Source of the DNA: a virus
IMG/VR virus record: IMGVR_UViG_3300045886_000052
Span: 4,080 to 68,079 of that record
Length of the DNA: 64,000 bases
Direction: 5' to 3' (one strand)
The notes under the pieces are model-generated. The model had not been told where the DNA came from. It searched no databases and saw only the letters and a list, made by a program, of their open reading frames with translations. Made by a program: the position numbers and the translations under genes. This document shows, piece by piece, positions 55,319 through 64,000 of this stretch. How positions within the stretch are numbered: position 1 is the stretch's first letter; each line of letters starts with the position of its first letter.

Positions 55319-55837
55319 ATGGCGACGCATAGGATTCCAATTCTCAGCAACGTCAAGCCCGACCCTGCCGTATCCCTTGCGCTCGTCGGTTCGCAGATTA
55401 CGGCGGCGACAGCGCCCTCTGTCGGCAATCAATATTGCTACGTGATAGCGGATGCGGGGGCGGACGTAGGCGTAAATGCTCGCTTCGACGTTCCAAAGAA
55501 TTACGTGGGAAGTCCGGCGCTCATCGTTAAGGGAATTCTCGACGGCGCGCCCGGAGCTTCCGACACGCTCGGCTTCGGGTTGCGCAAGCGAGCCGTGGCG
55601 AATAACGAAGCGGCGGACGGTACTTTCGACGCCGAAGAGGTTGTGTCGTCCACGATCGGATCAAGCGGCAGCAATCACGCCGACGAAGACGAGGTCGAAT
55701 TGTCAATCTCGCTCACGGCGGGACATTACTCCGCGGACGATCAGGTTTTCTACTACTTGTTTCTCGATACCTCCGGCTCGAATTACGCCGGGAATTTCCT
55801 GCTGACCGGGGCTTATTTTCAGTACGTTGACGTGTAA
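55319..55837 (+). CDS. Beta-rich virion protein
   Basis: FDVPKNY; TAATG coupling. Confidence 0.6.
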   Translation: MATHRIPILSNVKPDPAVSLALVGSQITAATAPSVGNQYCYVIADAGADVGVNARFDVPKNYVGSPALIVKGILDGAPGASDTLGFGLRKRAVANNEAADGTFDAEEVVSSTIGSSGSNHADEDEVELSISLTAGHYSADDQVFYYLFLDTSGSNYAGNFLLTGAYFQYVDV

Positions 55838-56724
55838 TGGCCGACATTAAGTTTTCAGACGAGACCAAGATAAGCGCGCTCGCGCTCGATGACAGAATTC
55901 CGATCATCGACATGAGCGCCGGCCCTCTCGATCGCCACTACACGCCTGAGCAAATGCGGGATCTCATCACCCCGCGCGGATACATCTTTGGCCTGAAGAT
56001 CGCTAACAACGGGACCGATGCGGCGAACGATATAGACATTGCTGGCGGCGAGGCCCAGGCCGAGAGCCACGACAATGTGATGACGCTCAGCGGCACGATC
56101 GTCAAGCGTCTCGACGCGGCATGGGCGGTCGGAACGAATCAGGGCGGACTCAATACCGGCGCCGAGGCTGCGAACACTTGGTACGAAGTCCATTTGATCA
56201 AGCGCACTGACACGGGCGTTGTGGATGTGATGTTCACGACGACCGCCAATCGCACGACGCTGCCCACTAACTACGACAAGCAGCGGCGAATCGGATGGAT
56301 ACGGAATGATGGGTCTTCAAATATCCTGGCATTCACTCAGGTTGAAGATCACTTCACGCTCGTGACGCCGATTAATGATGTGGGCGTTGCGTTCACGACC
56401 ACGCTGACCGCCGTAACGCTCACCGTGCCGCCAAATACTATAGCGCGGGTCAGAGCCGGTGGCGGACCGTTCACGACATCTGGCGTTGTCGGCGCGTTGA
56501 GGTTCTATGAAGCGGGCGAGAGCACGTCCGTTGCGCCAAGTACGACGGATGGCAACGCCAGTTTGGGGCTTGACGATTCCGCGACTTACAACGCGGGCCA
56601 CTATGACATGCGGGTCAACGCATCATCTCAGATCAGTCACGATTCCACCACCGTGGGCGTGGGCGCTCTCGATATTTCAACTTATGGCTGGATAGACTAC
56701 CGCAGACGTTTGGATGCGGTTTAA
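55837..56724 (+). CDS. Fibre-like protein
   Basis: GYIFGL.IANN.TDA.NDIDIA.G...KRLDAAWAVGTNQGGL...LPTNY...RRIG motif typical of phage fibre domains. Confidence 0.7.
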   Translation: MADIKFSDETKISALALDDRIPIIDMSAGPLDRHYTPEQMRDLITPRGYIFGLKIANNGTDAANDIDIAGGEAQAESHDNVMTLSGTIVKRLDAAWAVGTNQGGLNTGAEAANTWYEVHLIKRTDTGVVDVMFTTTANRTTLPTNYDKQRRIGWIRNDGSSNILAFTQVEDHFTLVTPINDVGVAFTTTLTAVTLTVPPNTIARVRAGGGPFTTSGVVGALRFYEAGESTSVAPSTTDGNASLGLDDSATYNAGHYDMRVNASSQISHDSTTVGVGALDISTYGWIDYRRRLDAV

Positions 56725-56736
56725 CTGGAGGACTAT

Positions 56737-57000
56737 ATGGCAGACATAATCATTAGGATAGAAGCATGCCAGACGCCGTCGGAAGGTGACGCCGTGAAAA
56801 TCGAGGGGATGGCGCGCTGCACGGGCATGGACCCCGAGGACATGGACGTAACTTGGTCGGTAGAGGTCGATCCCGGCGATCTCGCTGCGACGATCAACGC
56901 CGCGGTCAAGGATGCCGCAATCGCTGCCGCTGACGTGAGGGGGTATACGGTGGGCGCGCTCGATAAAAAGACCCTGATCGGGGGCGCGGTCGGTCTGTGA
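56737..57000 (+). CDS. Hypothetical protein
   Basis: GGAGG RBS. Confidence 0.55.
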   Translation: MADIIIRIEACQTPSEGDAVKIEGMARCTGMDPEDMDVTWSVEVDPGDLAATINAAVKDAAIAAADVRGYTVGALDKKTLIGGAVGL

Positions 57001-57003
57001 TGA

Positions 57004-58632
57004 ATGAGCCTTCGCTTCGACAACGCTGCCGATTACTTGGAGCGCACAACCGGCGCGCCGTCTCGAACCGCCTTCACGATGATGGGCTGGTTCAAGATCG
57101 TGGTAGATACGAACGCGGTCGCCACGTTCCTGCGGTTCAAAGCGTCCGGCTCCGCTGACAACTTCGTCGTCTCGACCGACGCGGACGGCGTGACGCTGAT
57201 GGTCTTCAACAACAGCGTCACCGATACAGGAACGGCGCTGAACGTCGGCGATTGGAATCATATCGCGATGGTTGGTGATGATACCAACGTCACGATCTTT
57301 CTCAACGGGATTCAGGATTGTCAGGTTGCGCAAGCCACGCTGACCCTCGCGCATATCCAGGTAGGCAACGCGCCGGAGTTCTCGGAGTTTCTGAACGGAC
57401 TAGCAGCGGCGGTCAAAATCTACGATGTGGTTTTGACCGCCGCCGAGATCCTTCAGGAATCGCTGCAATACGCTCCCGTGCGCTTCGCCGATCTCAACGC
57501 GTGGTATCCGATGATCGACCACGCGACGGCGGACGCCGCGAAGGATTACTCGACGTTCAAGCGGGACTTCACGGTCAACGGGACGCTCGCGATCGAGAAC
57601 GGGCCGCCGATTCCGTGGATTGTCGAAGACGAATTATGGGTGCCCGCGATCACGCTGCCGCAGACCGGCTTTTACCTGCGGGAAGATGGAACCAGCCGGT
57701 ATCTGCGGGAGGACGGTTCTAGTTTTTATCTGCGCGAAGGCGGGGCAGAGGACGGCGCATTAACGATTAATCCCGCCGGCATTGCATCGGCTGAGATTTT
57801 CGGAAGCCACACTGTTAGCCCAGGCGCTGTAACGATCACGCCGTCGGGAATCGCGTCGGCTGAGGCGTTCGGCACGGCATCGGTTAATCACGTTATCGCG
57901 CCAACGGGAATCGCAAGCGCCGAAGCATTTGGGACGGCGGCGCTGAACCTAAACATTGCCGCCACTGGCATCGCGTCGGCCGAAGCGTTCGGGAGTCACA
58001 CTCTCGCGGCGACCTTCACGATCACGGCGAATGGGATTGCGTCCGCCGAAGCATTCGGCTCTCACGCGATCACGGTGGCCGCGCTGACCGTCAGCCCCGC
58101 AGGGATCGACAGCGCAGAGGCTTTCGGATCGCACACGCTGACGACGGGCAACGTAAATATCCTGCCCGGCGCGATTGCTTCCGCTGAGGCGTTCGGTAGC
58201 CACACCGTCGAAGTCGGCGCACTGTCGGTCAGTCCGAACGGGATCGCGAGCGCGGAGGCGTTTGGATCGCACACAGTAACGCCAGGCGCCGTAACGATCA
58301 CACCGTCGGGAATCGCGAGCGCCGAGGTGTTCGGGTCACAGGTTGTAACTGCGACCTACACGATCACTTCGACGGGCATTGGTAGCGCCGAGGCCTTCGG
58401 ACAGCCGACGATCAATTTATTGCTCGCGATCCTGTCGCCGCTGGGCATTGCAAGTCTTGAAGTCTTCGGCGCTGTCGTCGTAACGGGCGGCGGGATTCCG
58501 AAGGCGCTGGCGATTGACAATAGAACGTTTGCCGTGGCGTTGAACGACGAGAGGTCGATTGCGACCAGTCTGACGGATAGCCGCTCTATCCAGGTCTCGT
58601 GGACAGATGATCAAACGATCGATTTAGGATAA
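57004..58632 (+). CDS. LamG/ConA-like domain plus about 12 GIASAEAFG repeats (fibre)
   Basis: FTMMGWFK, WNHIAMV, IFLNG, IYDVVLTAAEI; tandem 18-22-aa repeats at about 57770-58480. Confidence 0.8.
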   Translation: MSLRFDNAADYLERTTGAPSRTAFTMMGWFKIVVDTNAVATFLRFKASGSADNFVVSTDADGVTLMVFNNSVTDTGTALNVGDWNHIAMVGDDTNVTIFLNGIQDCQVAQATLTLAHIQVGNAPEFSEFLNGLAAAVKIYDVVLTAAEILQESLQYAPVRFADLNAWYPMIDHATADAAKDYSTFKRDFTVNGTLAIENGPPIPWIVEDELWVPAITLPQTGFYLREDGTSRYLREDGSSFYLREGGAEDGALTINPAGIASAEIFGSHTVSPGAVTITPSGIASAEAFGTASVNHVIAPTGIASAEAFGTAALNLNIAATGIASAEAFGSHTLAATFTITANGIASAEAFGSHAITVAALTVSPAGIDSAEAFGSHTLTTGNVNILPGAIASAEAFGSHTVEVGALSVSPNGIASAEAFGSHTVTPGAVTITPSGIASAEVFGSQVVTATYTITSTGIGSAEAFGQPTINLLLAILSPLGIASLEVFGAVVVTGGGIPKALAIDNRTFAVALNDERSIATSLTDSRSIQVSWTDDQTIDLG

Positions 58633-59018
58633 TGCAGACAGGCGTAAAAATAACAGTTATTGCGATCGGCGATGCGAAACGCATCGAGCGGACTTACACA
58701 ACTCTGCCTCCCGGCATAACGATCGAGAAGGCGTGGATGACGGTAAAACTGAGCGATAGGCAGTTGGATGCCGATGCATTATTTCAAAAAGCGATCACGA
58801 TCAATTCGTCTGCCGCAGGTCAGATTACGGACGCAGATAGCACAAACGGCGACTTGGCGATGTTTTTCGATCTTGTCAAGGCTGACAGTTTGAACGCAGT
58901 TCCGGGCCGGCTGTATTTATACGATATACAAGTCAAGCGCACCGGTGAGAGCAAGGCTCACACTCTTGAGATGGGCACAATCACATTCGTTCGCGGCATA
59001 ACGGACGCGGACACATAG
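58632..59018 (+). CDS. BppU-N/fibre-adaptor-like protein
   Basis: GD...AWMTVK...GQITD...YLYDIQV; paralogue of 1124-1501. Confidence 0.6.
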   Translation: MQTGVKITVIAIGDAKRIERTYTTLPPGITIEKAWMTVKLSDRQLDADALFQKAITINSSAAGQITDADSTNGDLAMFFDLVKADSLNAVPGRLYLYDIQVKRTGESKAHTLEMGTITFVRGITDADT

Positions 59019-59028
59019 AGGGGGCGGC

Positions 59029-59436
59029 ATGGCTAACGCTTTGTACGACGCAGGCAGGGAAGGATTTCTTGCAGGGGACATTGATTGGGACGCAAACGAC
59101 ATTCGCATCATCCTGATCGACGAAGCCGACGATACTATTGACTTGGCGGTTGATAACTTTCTCGATGACCGCGCGGTCGCTTCGCGTGTGGCTACCTCAA
59201 CGGCGCTCGCCTCGAAGACGACCACGGCTGGCGTGGCGGACGCTGCCGACAAGACGTTTACCGCAGTGACGGGTGATCAATCCGAATCTATTGACGGCTA
59301 CAAGCACACCGGCACGGAATCAACGAGCAATCTGATTTTCAATATTGACACGGCGACCGGGCTGCCGGTCACGCCGAACGGCGGCGATATAACCGTCGCT
59401 TGGGATAATGCGGGAAACCGTATTTTTAAACTCTGA
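59029..59436 (+). CDS. Minor virion protein
   Basis: MANALYD.GRE.FL.GDIDW...TGLPVTPNGGDITV.W.N..N.IFKL. Confidence 0.7.
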   Translation: MANALYDAGREGFLAGDIDWDANDIRIILIDEADDTIDLAVDNFLDDRAVASRVATSTALASKTTTAGVADAADKTFTAVTGDQSESIDGYKHTGTESTSNLIFNIDTATGLPVTPNGGDITVAWDNAGNRIFKL

Positions 59437-59780
59437 TGCTGCAATCTCTCACAATCAGGCGCGAAGGCGAGAAAGTACTGTTGCTATCGGGCGGCGTACT
59501 AATTGCTGAAATGCCGTGGCGGGCCGCTGATGACTTGGCCGCCGCGCTGAAGGCAAAGGCCCGGCTTGCCGAAGAGGAAGAGAAGGGCGAGGAGATCGCC
59601 TATGACAGCGCGATCTTGATGCGGGCAGGCGTCCCATTTTCCTTCAGCAGCAGGCCCGACATATTGAAAGAGGCGGTAAAAGAGGCGGCCTGGAATTGCA
59701 ACCTGCGGCGCTATATGCCCGGCGGCGTGAGGTCGAAACAGGTATTCGGCGCGCCAACGGTAACCAGGCATAAGAGGTGA
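59436..59780 (+). CDS. Hypothetical protein
   Basis: TGATG coupling. Confidence 0.55.
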   Translation: MLQSLTIRREGEKVLLLSGGVLIAEMPWRAADDLAAALKAKARLAEEEEKGEEIAYDSAILMRAGVPFSFSSRPDILKEAVKEAAWNCNLRRYMPGGVRSKQVFGAPTVTRHKR

Positions 59781-59784
59781 AGAA

Positions 59785-60021
59785 ATGGAAGAGACGATCA
59801 ATTTCTCCGAACTGTCAATCGAAGAATTGAGAGAAAAGCTCGCCACGGCAAACGCGGCGCGGGACAACATATCGAAAGTCGCCAAGTCGATCACTAAGCA
59901 TATCGATATGAAATTGGCCGCCGAGAAGATCGCGGCAATGCCCGAAGCTGAGAAGGCCGCGCTCTTGCAGACTCTGCAGGCGCAAGGCGTTTCGAGCGGC
60001 GAAGAATTCGGCAAGGTCTAA
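59785..60021 (+). CDS. Hypothetical protein
   Basis: GAGG RBS; ends GVSSGEEFG, echoing the fibre repeat. Confidence 0.55.
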   Translation: MEETINFSELSIEELREKLATANAARDNISKVAKSITKHIDMKLAAEKIAAMPEAEKAALLQTLQAQGVSSGEEFGKV

Positions 60022-60024
60022 CTA

Positions 60025-60417
60025 ATGCCGGGAACGCTCACACAATCACACGCTATACGTCTCGATACGCTTCACCGCGTCCGCCACGTTTTGCAGGGCG
60101 AGTCGGGCACGATCACGCTGTTGAAGCGCAACGCGGCGACGGGCGCGCTGATCGAACTGCTCTCGATCGATCGCGGCTGGACATACAGCGACCGCGACGC
60201 CAATGGAGGCATGCTGCCGCCGCACGTAATGTTCGAACTGCAGGTCGCGGAAGAATTAGTCGCAACCGCCGACGTGCGCCAAACGTGGGCAATCAAACAC
60301 GGCGCGCAGGTTTTCAAGATCGCGCAGGCGGGACTCGGCGAGCCGGGGATATTCCAGCCGTCAGGCTTTAATCGCTTCTGGCGCTTCTGGATTACGCCGC
60401 TGGAGGAGGTCGCATGA
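60025..60417 (+). CDS. Putative head-closure protein
   Basis: Size and position before the gp10-like gene. Confidence 0.45.
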   Translation: MPGTLTQSHAIRLDTLHRVRHVLQGESGTITLLKRNAATGALIELLSIDRGWTYSDRDANGGMLPPHVMFELQVAEELVATADVRQTWAIKHGAQVFKIAQAGLGEPGIFQPSGFNRFWRFWITPLEEVA

Positions 60418-60791
60418 ACGTCAAAATAGTCGTCGGGCCGGGATTCAACGCGGCAGTCGAGCGCCAGATGAAACGGATCATTCTGGACAAACTTAACGAC
60501 GTGCGGAACTTCATGATTGAGGAATTCAGTCAGCCGAAAAGCGGGCGCATTTACCGCAGGCCAGGCGGTGGCAGTTACCAGGCGTCGGCCCCGGGCGAGC
60601 CGCCCGCCGTGCGAACGGGCCGACTGCGGGACTCGATCAGCGAGCCGCGGATCGCGCATTCCGGCAATACCGTCGCCGGCGAGATCAGGATCAGGGCGCC
60701 CTATGCGGGGCGTTTGGAATTTGGGAGAGGCATAGCGGCTCGCCCGTTTGTAATACCAGCGATTGAGGAAATCTTGAGGAGGCGTGTTTAG
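60414..60791 (+). CDS. HK97 gp10-like neck protein
   Basis: ASAPGEPPAVRTGRLRDSI...YA..LEFG...RPF..PA. Confidence 0.8.
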   Translation: MNVKIVVGPGFNAAVERQMKRIILDKLNDVRNFMIEEFSQPKSGRIYRRPGGGSYQASAPGEPPAVRTGRLRDSISEPRIAHSGNTVAGEIRIRAPYAGRLEFGRGIAARPFVIPAIEEILRRRV

Positions 60792-61294
60792 TGGCGAGCG
60801 AGATCGAAATCAGGGCGGCGATTGTCGGACAGATCGCGACCGCGCTCGCGTCATTCACGCCGCCGCCGCTCGTTCTCGACCGCGACATTACCGGATTCCT
60901 CGAAAGCGGCGCGATTGAAGGATTGACGGACAGCGCCGGCCTCGTCCACTGCATAACCGTCACGCAGCGCTCGATGACGCCCGACGAGGAATATAAGAGC
61001 CAGGCCGGGACGAAGTACGACCTGGTTTACGACGTGATTCAGTGGAAACAGTATCGCTCGGGCACGGACGCCTCGAACTCGGACAGGGAAGCGAGCCTGG
61101 AGCGCGACGCGCTGATCGGAGCCTTTGGATCGAAAACCGCGCTGCCTGTGATCTTGAAAAGGGCGAACGTCGAGCCGATCGAATGGCCTGCCGGAGCGCT
61201 CAATAAGCCGAGGCCGATCATAGGCGGCCAGGTATGGGTATCGAGCGCGATCCTGCGAGCGCAAATATTTTACGGCCCTGTGGGCTGCAGTTAA
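60791..61294 (+). CDS. Putative tail terminator
   Basis: EIRAAIV N-terminus; position before the tail tube gene. Confidence 0.5.
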   Translation: MASEIEIRAAIVGQIATALASFTPPPLVLDRDITGFLESGAIEGLTDSAGLVHCITVTQRSMTPDEEYKSQAGTKYDLVYDVIQWKQYRSGTDASNSDREASLERDALIGAFGSKTALPVILKRANVEPIEWPAGALNKPRPIIGGQVWVSSAILRAQIFYGPVGCS

Positions 61295-61307
61295 ACGGAG
61301 GGGAATA

Positions 61308-62741
61308 ATGCCGAATGACCATTTTTTAGAGGACGCTGAGCTATACATCAGCGACCGTGAGGGCGCATTCAATACGCCGAACACGGACGGGACGAAATAC
61401 CAGCGCGCGGGCTGGCAGAATGCCGCCGTTCTGATCCCTGAACCTGAATTCTCCACCGATCAGGGACGGTCGGGCATAACGTCGGAGTTTCAATCGGGGC
61501 AGTGTCTAAAGCGATTCCTTAACGCCTCCATTGGGCTTGCCGACCGCGCGAACTTCAACCTGTACGGCAAGATCGGCATGCGGGCATTCGGGGGAACCCC
61601 GGCCGCGCCCGCAGAAATAACGGCGGGCGTCGCCTACCGGCATTCCGCCGCGATCAAACCGAAGACCAGCGGCACGCAACTGCCGTCATTCAACGCGATC
61701 ACTGTCGCCGGCGGCGCTTCTACGCTCTGGCCTGGAACCGTCGTAAACGACTTCTCGCTCTCGCAGAACGTCGACGAGGACTTTCAGATCGCGTTCAGTC
61801 TGCTTACCTCCGGTAAACACCGCATCCCGCATCTGATCGGAACCCGGCAGGTCGAGACGAACACGGTGATTGTTACGACCGTCGGCGCGGGCAACGCCAA
61901 GGCCGTAGTCACGGCGGCGGGCATGAACAGTTCGCCGCGCACGGTTATTTTTGCAGTAGCCGGCAGCGATACCGACGCGCAGGTTGCAGGCAAGGCGCGC
62001 ACGGCGCTGACGAACGATCCCGAGGTGAGCGATTTCTTCGTTGTGTCGGGCGCGAGCACGGCTGTAGTGATCACGGCGCGTCACACCGCCGCCAACGATA
62101 CGACGATGAACCTGGAAATCAGCAACGATACCTCGACCGGCATTACGACGACGCAATCAGCCAACACCACGGCGGGCGTTTTCACGCTGCCGGCGGAACC
62201 TGCCTTTGCGTGCCTCGATCCGCAGCCCTTCCTCGAATACACGGACGATGTCGGCTTGCGCGCCTTGGCGACCGACTGCCGCTGGCGCAGTTGGTCGGTC
62301 GGATTCAGCAATAATCACGATGCGACCCTGGCCCGCTGCGGGGGCGATCCGAAGCAGGCGCCGGGCGATTACGCCGTGACGACCGGAAGCGTCCTCGGAG
62401 CCTACGCCAATAAGAGCGTTCGCGGACGCCGCACGCTGCAGGGTGAGATCACGTACTTGGTAGGGAGTCGCGTTGTGGAATGGGAGAAATTGTGTAACTC
62501 CATCCAGCTCACCGGCCTGCGCTTCGGCGCCCGCGGCGCGCAGCTCGATGATTCGCCGCTGACTTACGAAGAACTGTCAATCGTAATTCCCAAGGCCAAA
62601 TTCAACGGCGTCCGGGGCGACAATTTCAACGGTTATGCCGCGTTCCGCTTTACGTTCGCCACGGAAATCGATGCGGCGACGAGCGGCGCGAAGATCGAAG
62701 TCGTCAACAACCTTGCGGGCGTGTCGCCTCTTTATAACTGA
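61308..62741 (+). CDS. Major tail (tube) protein with an inserted beta domain
   Basis: GGAGG RBS; YRHSAAI..QLPSF..GTVVNDFSLS; LSIVIPKAKF; position. Confidence 0.7.
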   Translation: MPNDHFLEDAELYISDREGAFNTPNTDGTKYQRAGWQNAAVLIPEPEFSTDQGRSGITSEFQSGQCLKRFLNASIGLADRANFNLYGKIGMRAFGGTPAAPAEITAGVAYRHSAAIKPKTSGTQLPSFNAITVAGGASTLWPGTVVNDFSLSQNVDEDFQIAFSLLTSGKHRIPHLIGTRQVETNTVIVTTVGAGNAKAVVTAAGMNSSPRTVIFAVAGSDTDAQVAGKARTALTNDPEVSDFFVVSGASTAVVITARHTAANDTTMNLEISNDTSTGITTTQSANTTAGVFTLPAEPAFACLDPQPFLEYTDDVGLRALATDCRWRSWSVGFSNNHDATLARCGGDPKQAPGDYAVTTGSVLGAYANKSVRGRRTLQGEITYLVGSRVVEWEKLCNSIQLTGLRFGARGAQLDDSPLTYEELSIVIPKAKFNGVRGDNFNGYAAFRFTFATEIDAATSGAKIEVVNNLAGVSPLYN

Positions 62742-62748
62742 GGGTTTT

Positions 62749-62985
62749 ATGTCTGAAGAAATGGAAGAAATGGCCGAAGCGGCGTTCGTCGAAGAAGCGG
62801 CGCCGGAAGTCGAAGAGACCGCCGCGCAGCACGATGAGCGGCTGAAACGTGAGGACTACGCGCGGCGAAACGCGCAGGCCATCAAGGAACGCGAGGACAT
62901 TCTGCGCCGTAACAACGTCCTCAAGCCTGGCGAAGCGCTGACGATGGATACCGAGGCGGCGATAAGGCAGCGATGCTGCGCGTAG
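62749..62985 (+). CDS. Acidic hypothetical protein
   Basis: GAGG RBS. Confidence 0.5.
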   Translation: MSEEMEEMAEAAFVEEAAPEVEETAAQHDERLKREDYARRNAQAIKEREDILRRNNVLKPGEALTMDTEAAIRQRCCA

Positions 62986-63212
62986 CAAAGGCCCGAAGCT
63001 TTCTGTGCGCCGTCTGGTCATTCTTCTGGTACGGCGACGCGCCGCTCGTTGATCACGACCGCAGGCAGGCGATCTGCCTTCGCTGCGAACATCTGGAAGT
63101 AACGGCGACAGGCGTGTTTTGCAAGGCGTGCGGATGTCCGCACTGGGCGGTCAGCGATCTTAGAACGAAATGGCGGATGCGGGACATCAAGTGTCCGCTG
63201 GATAAATGGTAA
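62973..63212 (+). CDS. Cys-rich small protein
   Basis: R.AICLRCEH...CKACGC...CPLDKW. Confidence 0.65.
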   Translation: MLRVAKARSFLCAVWSFFWYGDAPLVDHDRRQAICLRCEHLEVTATGVFCKACGCPHWAVSDLRTKWRMRDIKCPLDKW

Positions 63213-63224
63213 ACGAGGAAAGTC

Positions 63225-63440
63225 ATGTTTCATTCAGGCGACGGTTTGTATTTCGAGAAATTACCCGATGCTGGCGTCAGAATTCTGAAAAGAAGCGGAA
63301 ATGACGAGGATTCGCCCGTGATTTTCGATCACGTTCTCGACAGGGTTCAGTGGGACATCGTTGTCGCGGGGATCAAGCACGGCTTCAACGTAGAGGCCGC
63401 CGTAGTGCGGCAGCCTGACCTACCGCCGATTGTAGATTGA
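63225..63440 (+). CDS. Hypothetical protein
   Basis: GAGGA RBS. Confidence 0.55.
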   Translation: MFHSGDGLYFEKLPDAGVRILKRSGNDEDSPVIFDHVLDRVQWDIVVAGIKHGFNVEAAVVRQPDLPPIVD

Positions 63441-63544
63441 TACTCATCGGCTCGCTTACTCGCGTTGTACGCCGCGAGGACAGGCGCAAACCTTGGGGCG
63501 CCGGCGGGCCGATCCATCACCAGGGCAAGCCTACAAGGAGGCAT

Positions 63545-64000
63545 ATGGAAGCAGCAGCGATAGAAAAACTCAAAGATCTTATCACCGAAAGCCAAACCGA
63601 AGACGAAGCGCCCGAAATCGCGCCTATCCTTTTCCCGCTCGACCTACCCGAGAGAACGGTCGAACTCGAAATCGTCGACGACGATTTTAGCCTGACATTC
63701 GCGCACAAGATCAAGTGGCCGACGCTTGAGAAGCTGAATGAGCGGGAGCAGCGGATACCTCGACAGCAAGTAGTGCTCGGCCCGAACCGGATCAGGTCCC
63801 AAAGCGCCGACGCTGTTGGGGCAAACGCGCTGCTCTGGGACAAGTTCCGCTCGCAGGTGAAGGGTTATGGATGGGAAGAAAAAGGAATCAACCCCGATCA
63901 GTGGGTAACGGTTACGCCCGAACTCGCGGAAGAGATTCCAGCAGAACACAAATCGGAGGCGATCGTCGCGATGTTCGCGTCGGAGTTCAAGGTCGAGCGA
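63545..64000 (+). CDS. Putative tail assembly chaperone (3' truncated), not in ORF track
   Basis: AAGGAGG RBS; frame MEAAAIEKLKD... open to the window end. Confidence 0.55.
   Translation, partial: MEAAAIEKLKDLITESQTEDEAPEIAPILFPLDLPERTVELEIVDDDFSLTFAHKIKWPTLEKLNEREQRIPRQQVVLGPNRIRSQSADAVGANALLWDKFRSQVKGYGWEEKGINPDQWVTVTPELAEEIPAEHKSEAIVAMFASEFKVER

Noticed and set aside
59050-59085. Possible self-target of RAMP-array tract 2: read with one skipped base, it matches 16 of 24 positions at the start of gene 59029 (decoded as codons, E-G-K-A-E-F-L-D-G-T-I vs A-G-R-E-G-F-L-A-G-D-I)
   Set aside because: By my rough estimate several matches this good are expected by chance over both strands of 64 kb, and the last two dinucleotides are shared by both tracts. 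Only worth revisiting against homologues of this gene in other phages.
2648-62311. Long antisense or alternative-frame ORFs in the track (e.g. 2648-3922, 3937-4869, 34424-35356, 50014-51024, 52796-53749)
   Set aside because: They are shadows of well-supported genes in GC-rich DNA, with no RBS or recognisable motifs.
1-64000. Diversity-generating retroelement, retron, IS transposase, canonical tRNA or rRNA
   Set aside because: No reverse transcriptase or transposase motifs, no adenine-specific TR/VR pair and no canonical cloverleaf seen by eye. The duplicated HTH genes differ mostly at synonymous sites.

Overview
The window is a 64-kb slice of one temperate, probably non-contractile-tailed phage genome with no recognisable host genes. 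The candidate attP looks intact and has phage genes on both sides, which suggests the excised or virion form. Layout: tail-tip genes (1-5.6 kb, +); a long leftward accessory region of about 45 tiny ORFs joined by several families of gene-junction repeats, with sigma54-type promoter modules, a tyrosine recombinase and a DNA methylase (5.7-22 kb); a large serine integrase with a candidate attP inside its 3' end (22.2-23.8 kb); a divergent switch built from ribbon-helix-helix-type regulators (24.9-25.6 kb); a rightward early/replication region with a 1.1-kb structured non-coding array, MazG-like, Bet, ParB-MT-A70, initiator, DnaC-like, RusA-like, Dam-like, EndoVII-like and C5-MTase genes (25.7-41 kb); lysis-like and accessory genes (41-47 kb); terminase, portal, scaffold, capsid, fibre and tail genes (47-64 kb). 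The strongest candidate for a new system is a stand-alone Cas7/RAMP-like gene (39410-40021) followed directly by two RNA-like units, each a 5-nt-periodic NGY-NN tract plus a covarying hairpin. It may be a phage RNA-guided system with a gapped code. Other leads: a seven-unit boxA-like ncRNA array containing a tRNA-like element, a triplicated sigma54 promoter/enhancer cassette, and a tyrosine recombinase abutting a repeat-delimited gene array. The host is probably a diderm, sigma54-bearing bacterium (Acidobacteriota is a weak guess). All product calls come from motifs read by eye; no database searches were run.
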